DNA of 63,924 bases, filler included, from Phoronis australis (lineage: Eukaryota > Animalia > Phoronida), in the NCBI GenBank assembly GCA_002633005.1. It is 5 parts of 5 records of this genome, joined end to end, with 100 filler letters (N's around TTAATTAATTAA, not from the genome) between each part and the next. Parts side by side here need not be neighbours in the genome. Positions count along the whole stretch, not along the records: positions 43,962 to 56,718 come from NMRA01000651.1; positions 56,819 to 60,320 come from NMRA01002984.1; positions 60,421 to 63,924 come from NMRA01002983.1; 2 more parts are not named here. The stretch is one strand, 5' to 3'. This document shows positions 50,055-62,329 of this stretch, one piece after another. Within the stretch, counting starts at the first letter, position 1. Every line of letters starts with the position of its first letter. The position numbers were made by a program, and so were the translations under genes. The notes beneath the pieces were generated by a model. That model was not told the DNA's origin. It made no database searches and saw only the letters and a list, made by a program, of their open reading frames with translations.

Positions 50055-52815
50055 ACAAAGGGGGTGGGAGCACGAGCACACAGTGCTCGGCAGGCAAACG
50101 GTGACTCAAAGCGCCCCTGACACAGAGGGCAATGCTAGTCAGGCACATAGTGCCGAAGCGCCTCAGACAAGAGGGCACAAAGGGGGTGGGAGCACGAGCA
50201 CACAGTGCTCGGCAGGCAAACGGTGACTCAAAGCGCCCCTGACACAGAGGGCAATGCTAGTCAGGCACATAGTGCCGAAGCGCCTCAGACAAGAGGGCAC
50301 AAAGGGGGTGGGAGCACGAGCACACAGTGCTCGGCAGGCAAACGGTGACTCAAAGCGCCCCTGACACAGAGGGCAATGCTAGTCAGGCACATAGTGCCGA
50401 AGCGCCTCAGACAAGAGGGCACAAAGGGGGTGGGAGCACGAGCACACAGTGCTCGGCAGGCAAACGGTGACTCAAAGCGCCCCTGACACAGAGGGCAATG
50501 CTAGTCAGGCACATAGTGCCGAAGCGCCTCAGACAAGAGGGCACAAAGGGGGTGGGAGCACGAGCACACAGTGCTCGGCAGGCAAACGGTGACTCAAAGC
50601 GCCCCTGACACAGAGGGCAATGCTAGTCAGGCACATAGTGCCGAAGCGCCTCAGACAAGAGGGCACAAAGGGGGTGGGAGCACGAGCACACAGTGCTCGG
50701 CAGGCAAACGGTGACTCAAAGCGCCCCTGACACAGAGGGCAATGCTAGTCAGGCACATAGTGCCGAAGCGCCTCAGACAAGAGGGCACAAAGGGGGTGGG
50801 AGCACGAGCACACAGTGCTCGGCAGGCAAACGGTGACTCAAAGCGCCCCTGACACAGAGGGCAATGCTAGTCAGGCACATAGTGCCGAAGCGCCTCAGAC
50901 AAGAGGGCACAAAGGGGGTGGGAGCACGAGCACACAGTGCTCGGCAGGCAAACGGTGACTCAAAGCGCCCCTGACACAGAGGGCAATGCTAGTCAGGCAC
51001 ATAGTGCCGAAGCGCCTCAGACAAGAGGGCACAAAGGGGGTGGGAGCACGAGCACACAGTGCTCGGCAGGCAAACGGTGACTCAAAGCGCCCCTGACACA
51101 GAGGGCAATGCTAGTCAGGCACATAGTGCCGAAGCGCCTCAGACAAGAGGGCACAAAGGGGGTGGGAGCACGAGCACACAGTGCTCGGCAGGCAAACGGT
51201 GACTCAAAGCGCCCCTGACACAGAGGGCAATGCTAGTCAGGCACATAGTGCCGAAGCGCCTCAGACAAGAGGGCACAAAGGGGGTGGGAGCACGAGCACA
51301 CAGTGCTCGGCAGGCAAACGGTGACTCAAAGCGCCCCTGACACAGAGGGCAATGCTAGTCAGGCACATAGTGCCGAAGCGCCTCAGACAAGAGGGCACAA
51401 AGGGGGTGGGAGCACGAGCACACAGTGCTCGGCAGGCAAACGGTGACTCAAAGCGCCCCTGACACAGAGGGCAATGCTAGTCAGGCACATAGTGCCGAAG
51501 CGCCTCAGACAAGAGGGCACAAAGGGGGTGGGAGCACGAGCACACAGTGCTCGGCAGGCAAACGGTGACTCAAAGCGCCCCTGACACAGAGGGCAATGCT
51601 AGTCAGGCACATAGTGCCGAAGCGCCTCAGACAAGAGGGCACAAAGGGGGTGGGAGCACGAGCACACAGTGCTCGGCAGGCAAACGGTGACTCAAAGCGC
51701 CCCTGACACAGAGGGCAATGCTAGTCAGGCACATAGTGCCGAAGCGCCTCAGACAAGAGGGCACAAAGGGGGTGGGAGCACGAGCACACAGTGCTCGGCA
51801 GGCAAACGGTGACTCAAAGCGCCCCTGACACAGAGGGCAATGCTAGTCAGGCACATAGTGCCGAAGCGCCTCAGACAAGAGGGCACAAAGGGGGTGGGAG
51901 CACGAGCACACAGTGCTCGGCAGGCAAACGGTGACTCAAAGCGCCCCTGACACAGAGGGCAATGCTAGTCAGGCACATAGTGCCGAAGCGCCTCAGACAA
52001 GAGGGCACAAAGGGGGTGGGAGCACGAGCACACAGTGCTCGGCAGGCAAACGGTGACTCAAAGCGCCCCTGACACAGAGGGCAATGCTAGTCAGGCACAT
52101 AGTGCCGAAGCGCCTCAGACAAGAGGGCACAAAGGGGGTGGGAGCACGAGCACACAGTGCTCGGCAGGCAAACGGTGACTCAAAGCGCCCCTGACACAGA
52201 GGGCAATGCTAGTCAGGCACATAGTGCCGAAGCGCCTCAGACAAGAGGGCACAAAGGGGGTGGGAGCACGAGCACACAGTGCTCGGCAGGCAAACGGTGA
52301 CTCAAAGCGCCCCTGACACAGAGGGCAATGCTAGTCAGGCACATAGTGCCGAAGCGCCTCAGACAAGAGGGCACAAAGGGGGTGGGAGCACGAGCACACA
52401 GTGCTCGGCAGGCAAACGGTGACTCAAAGCGCCCCTGACACAGAGGGCAATGCTAGTCAGGCACATAGTGCCGAAGCGCCTCAGACAAGAGGGCACAAAG
52501 GGGGTGGGAGCACGAGCACACAGTGCTCGGCAGGCAAACGGTGACTCAAAGCGCCCCTGACACAGAGGGCAATGCTAGTCAGGCACATAGTGCCGAAGCG
52601 CCTCAGACAAGAGGGCACAAAGGGGGTGGGAGCACGAGCACACAGTGCTCGGCAGGCAAACGGTGACTCAAAGCGCCCCTGACACAGAGGGCAATGCTAG
52701 TCAGGCACATAGTGCCGAAGCGCCTCAGACAAGAGGGCACAAAGGGGGTGGGAGCACGAGCACACAGTGCTCGGCAGGCAAACGGTGACTCAAAGCGCCT
52801 CTGACACAGAGGGCA
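50055..52815. repeat. 122-bp GC-rich tandem array, 22 full units plus a partial one, apparently homogeneous
   Basis: Unit starts ACAAAGGGGGTGGGAGCAC at 50055, 50177 ... 52739. Confidence 0.97.
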
Positions 52816-54664
52816 AAGGGGTGGGGGCACACGTGTAATGAAAACAAGGGGGAGAGGAAATGAAACGGTAGTGAGCGGGATCGAACCCGAGAGGAAGGGG
52901 AGACGTGGGAGGCTAGGCAAATTGGCCCAGCCAAGCGTAGGACGAACCGTACCCAGGCGAGGACAAGGAATATGAAGCGGTGAGAACAAGAAAACACAAA
53001 AAAGAGAGAGCTTACCGTGAGGGTCTGGATGGTGCAGGAGGACGGAAGCGTTAAAAGTTGAACGGGAAGAGGAGTTGAGGAAGTAGTAGGCGTAAAATGA
53101 AAATTGAATAAAATTGAATGAGTTTTTGACGTACGACAATGTGGCCGGAACAAAGTGAATTGAAAGCGAGGTTACAATAACAAAGTAAAACGGCCCTAAA
53201 GACACGTGACAATCATCAGCCTATAAGAGCCAAGAGCTGACCAAACTCGAGGCACGTGATAACAACAGACCAATGGAAGGCTGGAAAAACGTCGTGTAGT
53301 CCTGCACAAGGGAATAATGGAATCGACCAAGATGAGGGGGAAAAGGAGTAAGGCGAGTCCATATGCTCACATAAATATATTTAACGAGTGAAATACCATA
53401 TACAACTGAGGCTTGTAGTGTTAAAAAGAATACAGTCCAGAGAGATTCTTGTTGAAATTCAATTCCCTGTAAATAATAACTTTGCGTAATTATTTCATCA
53501 GAAAAGTTGACTCTTTCATTGAGGCTCTCACCAAAATGGGTCAGTTTTAATGACTGTGCAAACTCACAAAAGGGTGAGATTTTATCTTGCTGATTATAGA
53601 AAAGAGTGGGTATGGTCATGATTTCACAGCAACAAACAACCTCCGAAATAATTGAGTACTCCGTATGACTGTACAATGGCAGTCAAAGGCACTGCTGAAT
53701 GTAGCCTTGGTACAAAGCTGTATTTAAATATACAGCTTTGCACCGATGTGGGTAAAAAAGTGGTAAGATAAAATCTGACACAAAATTAGTGTCATTAAAA
53801 ACTGCAGTCTTCCTTGAGTAAACAAAATTATTTAACAGTGTTGGAAAAAATGGCGTTCTACCGTTATTCTGCTGCTAAAGTTGTGGAGCGATCTTTAGCG
53901 ACGGCTTTCGGCGCCATGAAATATTGCGTCACCTATTGGCCAGTTTCTTTTTTCGACGATTCTTCAATCAACTGCTGTTCTTTCACGAGCTTGCGTACAA
54001 GTCACAACAAATTATTGGAACTGGTTTCACGTCATTATAATTTTTTAGAATTCCGATACCGAAAAACTGAATTTCAGAACAAATTTTGCTTCTCCGAAGT
54101 TGTTGCGAAAATTTATGAAATGGCGCGTGCGCGTGACACGAGCGTATTGTTTTCGAAACGATGACATACTTTTCATTGTTAGAAAAGGCGGAGAGTTACG
54201 CAAGAAAATGATGTTTATTGCATTGTTTTTCATTTAAACAGCTGTAACGGGCAAGGTGAGTATCGGTTGATTCCCAGATTTTGCATGCACCCCATCTGGT
54301 CTTTAGCTTTACATTTTGATACAAGTTTCACGGCGCGGTGACGAGCAGAACTACCCTGGCTGTGTGCAATTTCGGGGTCGACGGAAGAAATACACGCAGT
54401 GGGACCTAGCTGTATTTTGACGACAGTCATACAGCTAGCTGGCCGGTTATGCTGAATGGCACTGCCAAAAGCGATAAAATCAGTCATTATAACACTATTA
54501 CTAGACTGATTAATGTTTGCGTGTTTAGGACCATTGACTGTATTTTTAAGCTCCTAACTTTTATTAGAAGTGACAAGTGTGCCAGTGACAGTGTATAAAT
54601 ATCTGACCCACCAGTTCAACCTTCACGGCATTCACAGGAACTTATATAACGCACATAAACATGT

Positions 54665-55490
54665 TACACATAGTGTACCTAATTATCGGACGGAACCTAA
54701 ATATCGGACATTTCATAGAATCTTACTTGAAGCATAATCTGAGAATTAAATGACACCAATTTTTGTTCTGTTGTAATGCATTCAATGTCCGCCACCGTCT
54801 CGTTTTTTTACAGCGTTGCCTGGTTTTGATTTCACCGAGAGAGGGTGCAATTTAGACCCCCAAGTCGGCTTAAAATGGACGATCGCATAAATCGGTTATA
54901 AAAGTTGAAAATAAAATCTTTTTCCACAATGAAACCATCTCATTGAACTGACAATATGTCACTATTCCATTTTTTCGTTTGTTTTTAAACTCAAGTCAAA
55001 CTCCGACAGCGCACGTGCTGGTGTCATATCAAGAAGCCTAAGTGATACTAAAAACTGCAGTGAGTTTGCACGTGCTTTAGTCGTCTGCACTAATTCATCG
55101 AAACGACTTGGCGCCGTCATCAGATTTCATTTCATGGATAATTTTGTTGCGAATGGACCTGGGTTCTAGCAGCATATATGTCAAAACACTCGAGCTGAAA
55201 TTTGGCGACAAGGTGCCCGCGACCATTACGTGGTTAGTCAGTTTTCCGCGGTGTGGCGTATGGAGAAACATGGTGTCCGATATTTAGGTTCTCCGAAGGT
55301 TTGGTTGTTGTGTTTTTTGAAGATCAGTCGGAACATAAATGTGGCTTTCAGTGACAAGATATAATAACAGAACAATTCCGTGAAGGTAAATCTTTATTTC
55401 AGCAAAGAATTTACAACAATCCGTAATATTTTCAATTAAATATAATGCAAAATGTGCCTAAACGTCCGATAATTAGGTCACTTGACTGTA
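54665..55490. mobile_element. Tc1/mariner-pogo-like MITE
   Basis: Inverted ends containing ACCTAATTATCGGACG, flanked by TA; second copy inverted at 24280-24897. Confidence 0.65.
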
Positions 55491-56718
55491 ACACACGAGA
55501 GGGTGTGCTGTGAAAAGATCGAGACAATCTCCCGTGGCCGCGATGCACTCAGCTAGTCCTTACCCCGTTATTCGGTGCTATAGTACGTGACTGTTGTTGT
55601 GGGTGGCCTAATGCCTGGGCTGGAGTAATGGTAATGGCAAGTAATGCCTATTTCTTCCACAAATTATTTCGTAAAAACTCACATTACTTCAGAATCCAGC
55701 ACAGTATACTGGAAAATTATCATAAAATGTTTCGTATACGTTACTGGCGATGTATTCCTTGACTCGTTAGCTTTGAAATGCAGGAGTTCGATCAAAACAG
55801 AGAGATTTAAACAGCTGTAAATCCACCGACATTCTTTCACTGGAAGTCGCCATGTTGGTGAACTAGTTTGACCTATTATACAACTAACCAATAGAATGCC
55901 TTGTTTCTTGAAATAGGAACAGCCAATGATATTCCAAGAATGCGGATGGAAAAGTGCCCTGTAGCAGACCCCAATCAATCTCGTGGGTCTGTGCAGGAGA
56001 CTAGGGTCTGTGTAGGAGACTACCTTTTGCACGAGCACCTGGTGACGAAATTCATAACTAAAGTTCACTTCCGGTATCATGGCACTGGCGGCGGCCTGAA
56101 GACTCGATAGTAAGTATTCGTACTGGTGTCAGTTGTATTAGGATCTTCGAATCCAACTCCGGAATTAATGCCACTTGACGTTAGGATGCTTAGTGCTCTA
56201 ATTCCAGATCACTCCGTTGCTGCGGTTATTCCGCTGGCGCTAGTCACAGGGATATATAGTCCGGATAGCTATCGTCGCCAGGCTCCAACCAAAGCCTTTG
56301 CCAAAGGCTTTGGCAAAGGTCGTCCGCCATATTCTGACTTTCGCGTGCAGCGCAGCCACGCTGGACTTAGCGTTCCAATTTGGAGTGCTCGTCCGCACGT
56401 TAGGTACTAACCTCTCGGGAGAAACACGCATGGAAGAACTGAGACTAAAATTAATGCATTTATGATTTACCGACTGTTTTTTGAGACCACTTAAAAACTT
56501 GCAGATTTTACTAATGCACTTTTTTGTTCATTTTCAAAAGATATTTTCGAAATTAAATTTTCTTCAGACGGAACAAAAAGCAACTCAAGGGTTGTTTTAG
56601 GCAATGACCATCGCCTCTGTTGGCCCGAAGCAGAGGCGATGCAGAGGCTATAGGCGCTCTGTACGCCGGAAGCTTTTCGGCGAATTATGCCTCACACCGA
56701 CTAAACCATCAAAGTCAC

Positions 56719-56818
56719 NNNNNNNNNNNNNNNNNNNNNNNNNNNNNNNNNNNNNNNNNNNNTTAATTAATTAANNNNNNNNNNNNNNNNNNNNNNNNNN
56801 NNNNNNNNNNNNNNNNNN
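56719..56818. other. Artificial contig linker
   Basis: Same 100-nt structure. Confidence 0.97.
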
Positions 56819-56904
56819 GAATGGTGGTGATTTGCTGGGCAACCACGGACAGCACCTCAATGTCAATGCGATTGAACTCGTCGAAGCAAGCCCATGCACC
56901 CGAG
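56819..56904 (-). CDS. DNAH1: DNAH1-like exon, AAA1 Walker B ([28 protein letters not shown]), cut by contig end
   Basis: ttctag acceptor, phase continues the upstream exon; CFDEFNR dynein signature. Confidence 0.92.
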
Positions 56905-56991
56905 CTAGAAAATGCACTCCATGACACATATGGCAGACAAACAGACAAACTTTTACAGCAGATAAATAACTTCTCACAACAAAATGCTTTA

Positions 56992-58657
56992 ACAAGAGCA
57001 ACGCGGGGTGTTGAAATGCACCCTCGAATGCATTGCAAAAGGTGTGCTTTTAGGGTTATTTATTTTTACCATGAAAATGGCCACTGGATGGCGCAGAAAC
57101 ATACAATCCATCCAAAAACAGGAACATAAAAATCTGTCAAAGAACTTCAGAGAAACAAAGAAAAACAGAGTAAAATGAAATTGCCACTAGTGGGCACAGC
57201 GTCTGTTGGATCCGCTTGAAAGTTGTCATCGTCGTCTTTTGTTACCTTTATAAAAATACACTTACTAAATTTAATAAAGATCCTGTAGTGGGTTTAGGAG
57301 ATACAGCTATGGGCGCAAAACAAAACAAAACTACCACTACGCGGCGCCACAGTAGTTAGTCGCCATCATCAAAATCCTCTTCAAACTGACAATTAATACG
57401 CCAATTTTCAAAACCATCCCTAGAATGATTTGGTTGATACAAGGGTGGACGCCAAAAACAAGATTTGAAAACAGCAAAAATGGCCACTAGGTGGCGCGAA
57501 ATACCTCGATTCCATCAGAAAACAGGAAGATAGCGTCATCTCATCAATAGATGCCTATATTCAAAATTTTAGGAAAATCTGTTGAGGACCATTGACGATA
57601 CAGAGGTAAACGTAAAAAACTAAAATGGCCACTAGGGGTCACACAGGTAATCATATCGGTCCGAAAGTCCTCGTTGTCAGTTGTCAACATCATATAAATA
57701 CACTTGCTAAATTTAGTGAAGATCCTGCAAACGGTTTAGGAGATACAGCCATGTGCGCAAAAAATGCCACTAGGAGGTGCCACAGTATTCAAAGTCATTG
57801 GAAAATCATCAGCTTCATAGTCAGAACAAACATACCACTTTTCACAATCATCCTTAGAGCGGTTTGGTTGATAGAGTGGAAGATGCCAAAAACAGACTGG
57901 AAAACAACAAAAATGGCCACTCCGTGGCGCAAACTACGTCGAATCTATCCGAAAACGGGAGGATAGTGTCACCTCACTAATAGATGCCTATATGCCAAAT
58001 ATTTCTGAAAATACATTGAGGACCTTTGAAGATACAGAAGCATAAAAAACTAAAATTGCCACTAGGGGGCACACCCGTAGTCAGATACGTCCAAAAGTCG
58101 TCGTCATCCATTGTCAACATCATATAAATACACTTTCTAAGTTTAGTAAAGATCCTGCCAATGATTTAGAAGATACAGCTATGGGTGCAAAAAAACAAAA
58201 CTGCCCTTAGGAGGCGCCATAGTTGTTGAAATCGACAGCCATCTTCTTTATAGTAAGAGCATACATACCAATTTTCACAATCATCCTTAGAGTGGTTTGG
58301 TTGATAAAGTGGTGGCGCAAACTATGTTGAATATATCCGAAAATGGGAGGATAGTGTCATCTCACTAATAGATGCCTATATGCCAAATTTTATGAAAATA
58401 CTTCGAGCACCTTTGAAGATATAGAGGTAAGTGTAAAAAAATAAAATTGCCACTAGGGGCACACCAGTAGTTGGATGCATCCGAAACTTCGCTCATGTTG
58501 TCCTATCCATGAATGGAACATATGTGCAAAATTTCCTGAATGTATGTCAAAGGGTTTTGGAGATAGAGCAGCAGACGTCGGACGGACGCCAGACGGACGC
58601 CGCACAGACGGAGATGACGGCATAATGCGTCCACATATAAATACGTGGGCGCATAAA
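56992..58657 (-). mobile_element. HINE-like element, diverged copy 3, in DNAH1-like intron
   Basis: Same termini (ACAAGAGCAACGC... and ...GTGGGCGCAT) and same ~150-bp monomers. Confidence 0.78.
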
Positions 58658-58961
58658 AATACACAACATGAGTTACATTCCCTTCATTCCAAAACCATGA
58701 ACTGAGAACATTTGGAAAACTGGGAAGTTTTGATTATACATCTTTTTAAAATGATTCAAACTACTACCAGTTAAGCAAACTCACCTCTGCAAAGTCACTC
58801 ACTGCTTTTGATTTCGTAACAAATCCAAAGCAAGACGTAAATATATTATTAAACAATTTCTCTACACTGCATTCTGACATTTGGCAGAAGATTAAAAATG
58901 AGTAGATAAATAAATCAAATTTGATTTCATAAAAGTTTAAAGAAGTCTGGATCATAAATAC

Positions 58962-59059
58962 CTTGCTAATCCTTTGAAGAACTTGCCCATAGCCATGAAG
59001 TCAAGCTGATCAGAACAGTTGAAGACAACACACTGAATAGCCATTGCCTTGGCTAAATC
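58962..59059 (-). CDS. DNAH1: Axonemal dynein heavy chain 1-like exon, AAA1 ([33 protein letters not shown])
   Basis: 98 nt, atgcag acceptor and gtattt donor; the [18 protein letters not shown] string matches DNAH1 as recalled. Confidence 0.9.
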
Positions 59060-59177
59060 CTGCATTAGCATAAAATGCATTTGTTAGGTACAATGACATT
59101 ATTAAATTTAACTTATAGCACAAATTAATATTCCACCCAATCCCAATCAAAGCAAAGAGCACATAACAACCAAATTA

Positions 59178-60320
59178 TTCCTTGTTGATCTTCTTAATTC
59201 AACATTAGGTTTCTCAGTAACATCTGATTCAACAACTCTCTCTTCCGATTGAATCATATCCAAATCTAACAGGTTGTTTTCTATTCCTTGTTGATCTTCT
59301 TAATTCAACATTAGGTTCCTCAGTAACAACTGATTCGACAACTCTCTCTTCCGATTGACTCATTTCACTGTCAACAAATTCTCTGTCATCATTTCCAGAC
59401 ACCAATTGTTTACTACACATGTCAGTATCAATTACTGGTACATCACTGTTATGGTTAGACTCTTCAAGACTAACATCTGGAAACACTTCATCATTGACAG
59501 TTGGAAGAACAACATGGTCAGGCTTGACACTTTCACAATCAGCTGATTCACCAACATCAGATTTGAAACTTCTATGCAATAATTGATCAACATGTCTTTT
59601 CCACACTCCACTGTTAACTTGTACCTCATATATCAGCGAACCAAGTTTACATGCAATAATACCTGGTATCCACTTCTCTTTACCAATGTAATTTCTCGCA
59701 AGTACATTATCACCAACATTAAAGACTCTCACAAGAGAACCTCTACTTTTGTCTTCCCTGATTTTGTGTAATTTCTCTGCCATTTGATTTTGGAAATCAG
59801 GTTTCACCAAANTTACGTGTAACAATACCTGGTATCCACTTCTCTTTACCAATGTAATTTCTCGCGAGTACATTATCACCAACATTAAAAACACTCACAT
59901 GAGAACCTCTACTTTTGTCTTCCCTGATTTTGTGTAATTTCTCTGCCATTTGATTTTGGAAATCAGGTTTCACCAAATCTAAACAATTTCTTAGATGTCT
60001 CTTCATGAACAGCATTGCTGGTGTTTCATTTGTGGTACTGTGCGGCGCATTTCGATATGCTAACAAAAAATTATCCAATTTGTTTTGAATCGAACCGCTT
60101 TCAGGTTTCGCAGCTTCCAAGCCTTGCTTTAATGATTGTACAAATCTTTCAGCTTGACCATTAGTAGATGGATGAAATGGTGGATTTAATTTATGATTAA
60201 TCCCTTTTTCACTTACAAATCTCTTAAATTCACCGAAAGTGAATTGTGGACCATTGTCCGAAACTAAGATCTTTGGAAATCCATATCTACTAAACAATGA
60301 ATTGAGAATACTGATCGTTT
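59178..60320 (-). mobile_element. Ty3/Gypsy LTR retrotransposon integrase remnant
   Basis: FSRYGFP..VSDNGPQF..HPSTNGQAERFVQ..YRNAPHSTT..RHVDQL..RRSTRNRKQP; ~150-bp duplication around N at 59812; no LTR seen. Confidence 0.9.
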
Positions 60321-60420
60321 NNNNNNNNNNNNNNNNNNNNNNNNNNNNNNNNNNNNNNNNNNNNTTAATTAATTAANNNNNNNNNNNNNNNNNNNNNNNN
60401 NNNNNNNNNNNNNNNNNNNN
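60321..60420. other. Artificial contig linker
   Basis: Same 100-nt structure. Confidence 0.97.
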
Positions 60421-60803
60421 TTTAAAAAAAAAAACTTCCAGGAGATACTCGGAATGGACATATCAATCATCAATAGTATAGTTACACAAAAAGTTCACTT
60501 CTCTGACAAGAGCATGCACGGCGCACAGCTTGCGCCTTGGTGAAACTTTGCGAAGGGCAGGTAAAACGATCGTTTTTACCGCCATTTCATGTCAGAATTC
60601 AGAACAAAAGTGCTAGAGACGAAGTTTCTTTAGGTTCCCAATGTATCGGGAAGTGTAAAACTTGTAAAAATTTTTTATCAACTAAACTGTACAGTGTAAA
60701 AATATTGAACACATAATGATGACTTCCATACACTTGGGATCAAATATTGGTGTGATGAAGTTAATATCACAATTGTCATCATTTGTAGTATCGTTGTTGT
60801 TAC

Positions 60804-61080
60804 TACATGTCGCATTATGCTGTAGAGACATTGTTATTATTACATGTCGCATTATGCTGTAGAGACATTGTTATTATTACATGTCGCATTATGCTGTAGA
60901 GACATTGTTATTATTACATGTCGCATTATGCTGTAGAGACATTGTTATTACTCCATGNATTATGCTGTAGAGACATTGTTATTATTACAAGTCGCATTAT
61001 GCTGTAGAGACATTCTTATTATTACAAGTTGCATTATGCTGTAGAGAGATTCTTATTATTACATGTCGCATTATGCTGTA
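60804..61080. repeat. 37-bp minisatellite, ~7 copies
   Basis: TACATGTCGCATTATGCTGTAGAGACATTGTTATTAT. Confidence 0.92.
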
Positions 61081-62329
61081 AGGTATTAAATTATTTTTCT
61101 GTTGGAGTACATCTTTAAACCTCAATTAATTCTCTGTACTCTTTTGCAAATAATTTCTCGTATGTTATTTATCATCATACTCGTGGTGTTTTTGTCAAGA
61201 AGTTTTAACTCTCGTTTTAAAAAACGAAGTTTCGGTGCATTTTGACCTAGGTTGATGAAATTCCAGCAAGTCTATTTCCACATATCTCGAACACAGTGCA
61301 GGAAAATTAACATACGCCTATGCCTGCACGCCGGCCAAAGAAGGTTCCGTACAGCTTGACCAACAATGAAAATATTTAATTTGAAAAATGATGATTTTAC
61401 GTTGATTTTATTTAATTATAGCCCGCAACACAGTCTAAACATAAGAATAGACATAAACATAAATGTAAACATCACAGTTGACTTAAAACGGTAAATTTGA
61501 AATAATCAATGAAGAAAATTCTCGCCTTAGTTTATTCATATTGACTGAAACCTATTTCACAATGCATCAACATGACACAGTCCCCATATAATGAAATGCA
61601 AGGGAAGCAATCGTGATGTTGCGAGAGTCAAATGGCATTATTCACATGTGACGCTGCTTCAGCGAGAAACTAAAAAACAACGTCGGTGACATTTTTTAAT
61701 ATCTGAACAAACACAATGGGCTCAATATGAAATATCAATAAAGAAAAAATTCAACGGTGTCTAACCTTTTTGAGTAAAAGCCAGAACGCTAAAATTCGAA
61801 GTACTCAAAATCCAACGGGCATCAGACAAATAATAAACCGGGAAAACAGTTAAAACGTATAAAACACAAAACTGACAACGTGCGACAAAATTTTCAATTT
61901 AATTAAAAGTGACTGTTCAGTAACCCATGTAAATTCAGCATATTTTCCGGTAGTGCCTCTGCTAGTGCAACGGAAGAACTAATGCAGTGATCTTCACTTT
62001 GTTTTACAAATGAACAGAACGTAAAGACCAATTTACAAAACATCAAAATTTGAAAGCAATCCAAGGTTCAATAAAACTGTGCCGAACCTCTTAAAGCAAA
62101 CGCAAGGATGTGTTCGAACCAATGTCCCCAAGCATTTTGCCTCTAATTTTTGGCCTGCTAATTGGTCAGGCCTATCGAAAATATCTGAGAATTTTCAAAA
62201 ACGCCGGTTTATAAGGACACTGGAAGACCACGTCCAAGAATATTGATAAAGAACTTCATCGCGAAAACACTACGATGAAGGCGATGTCCTATTTCTTTAA
62301 GTATTGATCAAAATAACGCTACAAATATT

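Noticed and set aside
50055-52815. CRISPR-like appearance (palindromic repeats in an array)
   Set aside because: No unique spacers, no cas genes, eukaryotic context
52860-52960. tRNA gene at the GGTTCGATCCC motif
   Set aside because: No cloverleaf or convincing A-box found; kept only as a B-box-like motif
52603-53676. 142-200-aa ORFs on the minus strand
   Set aside because: Low-complexity translations of the repeat and pyrimidine-rich tract; no recognisable domain
2576-59059. Functional cluster or synteny of ARHGAP32/33, ATP11 and DNAH1
   Set aside because: The genes are on different contigs separated by artificial linkers
59662-59975. Tandem duplication within the Gypsy integrase
   Set aside because: Straddles a single N, like other overlap artefacts in this assembly
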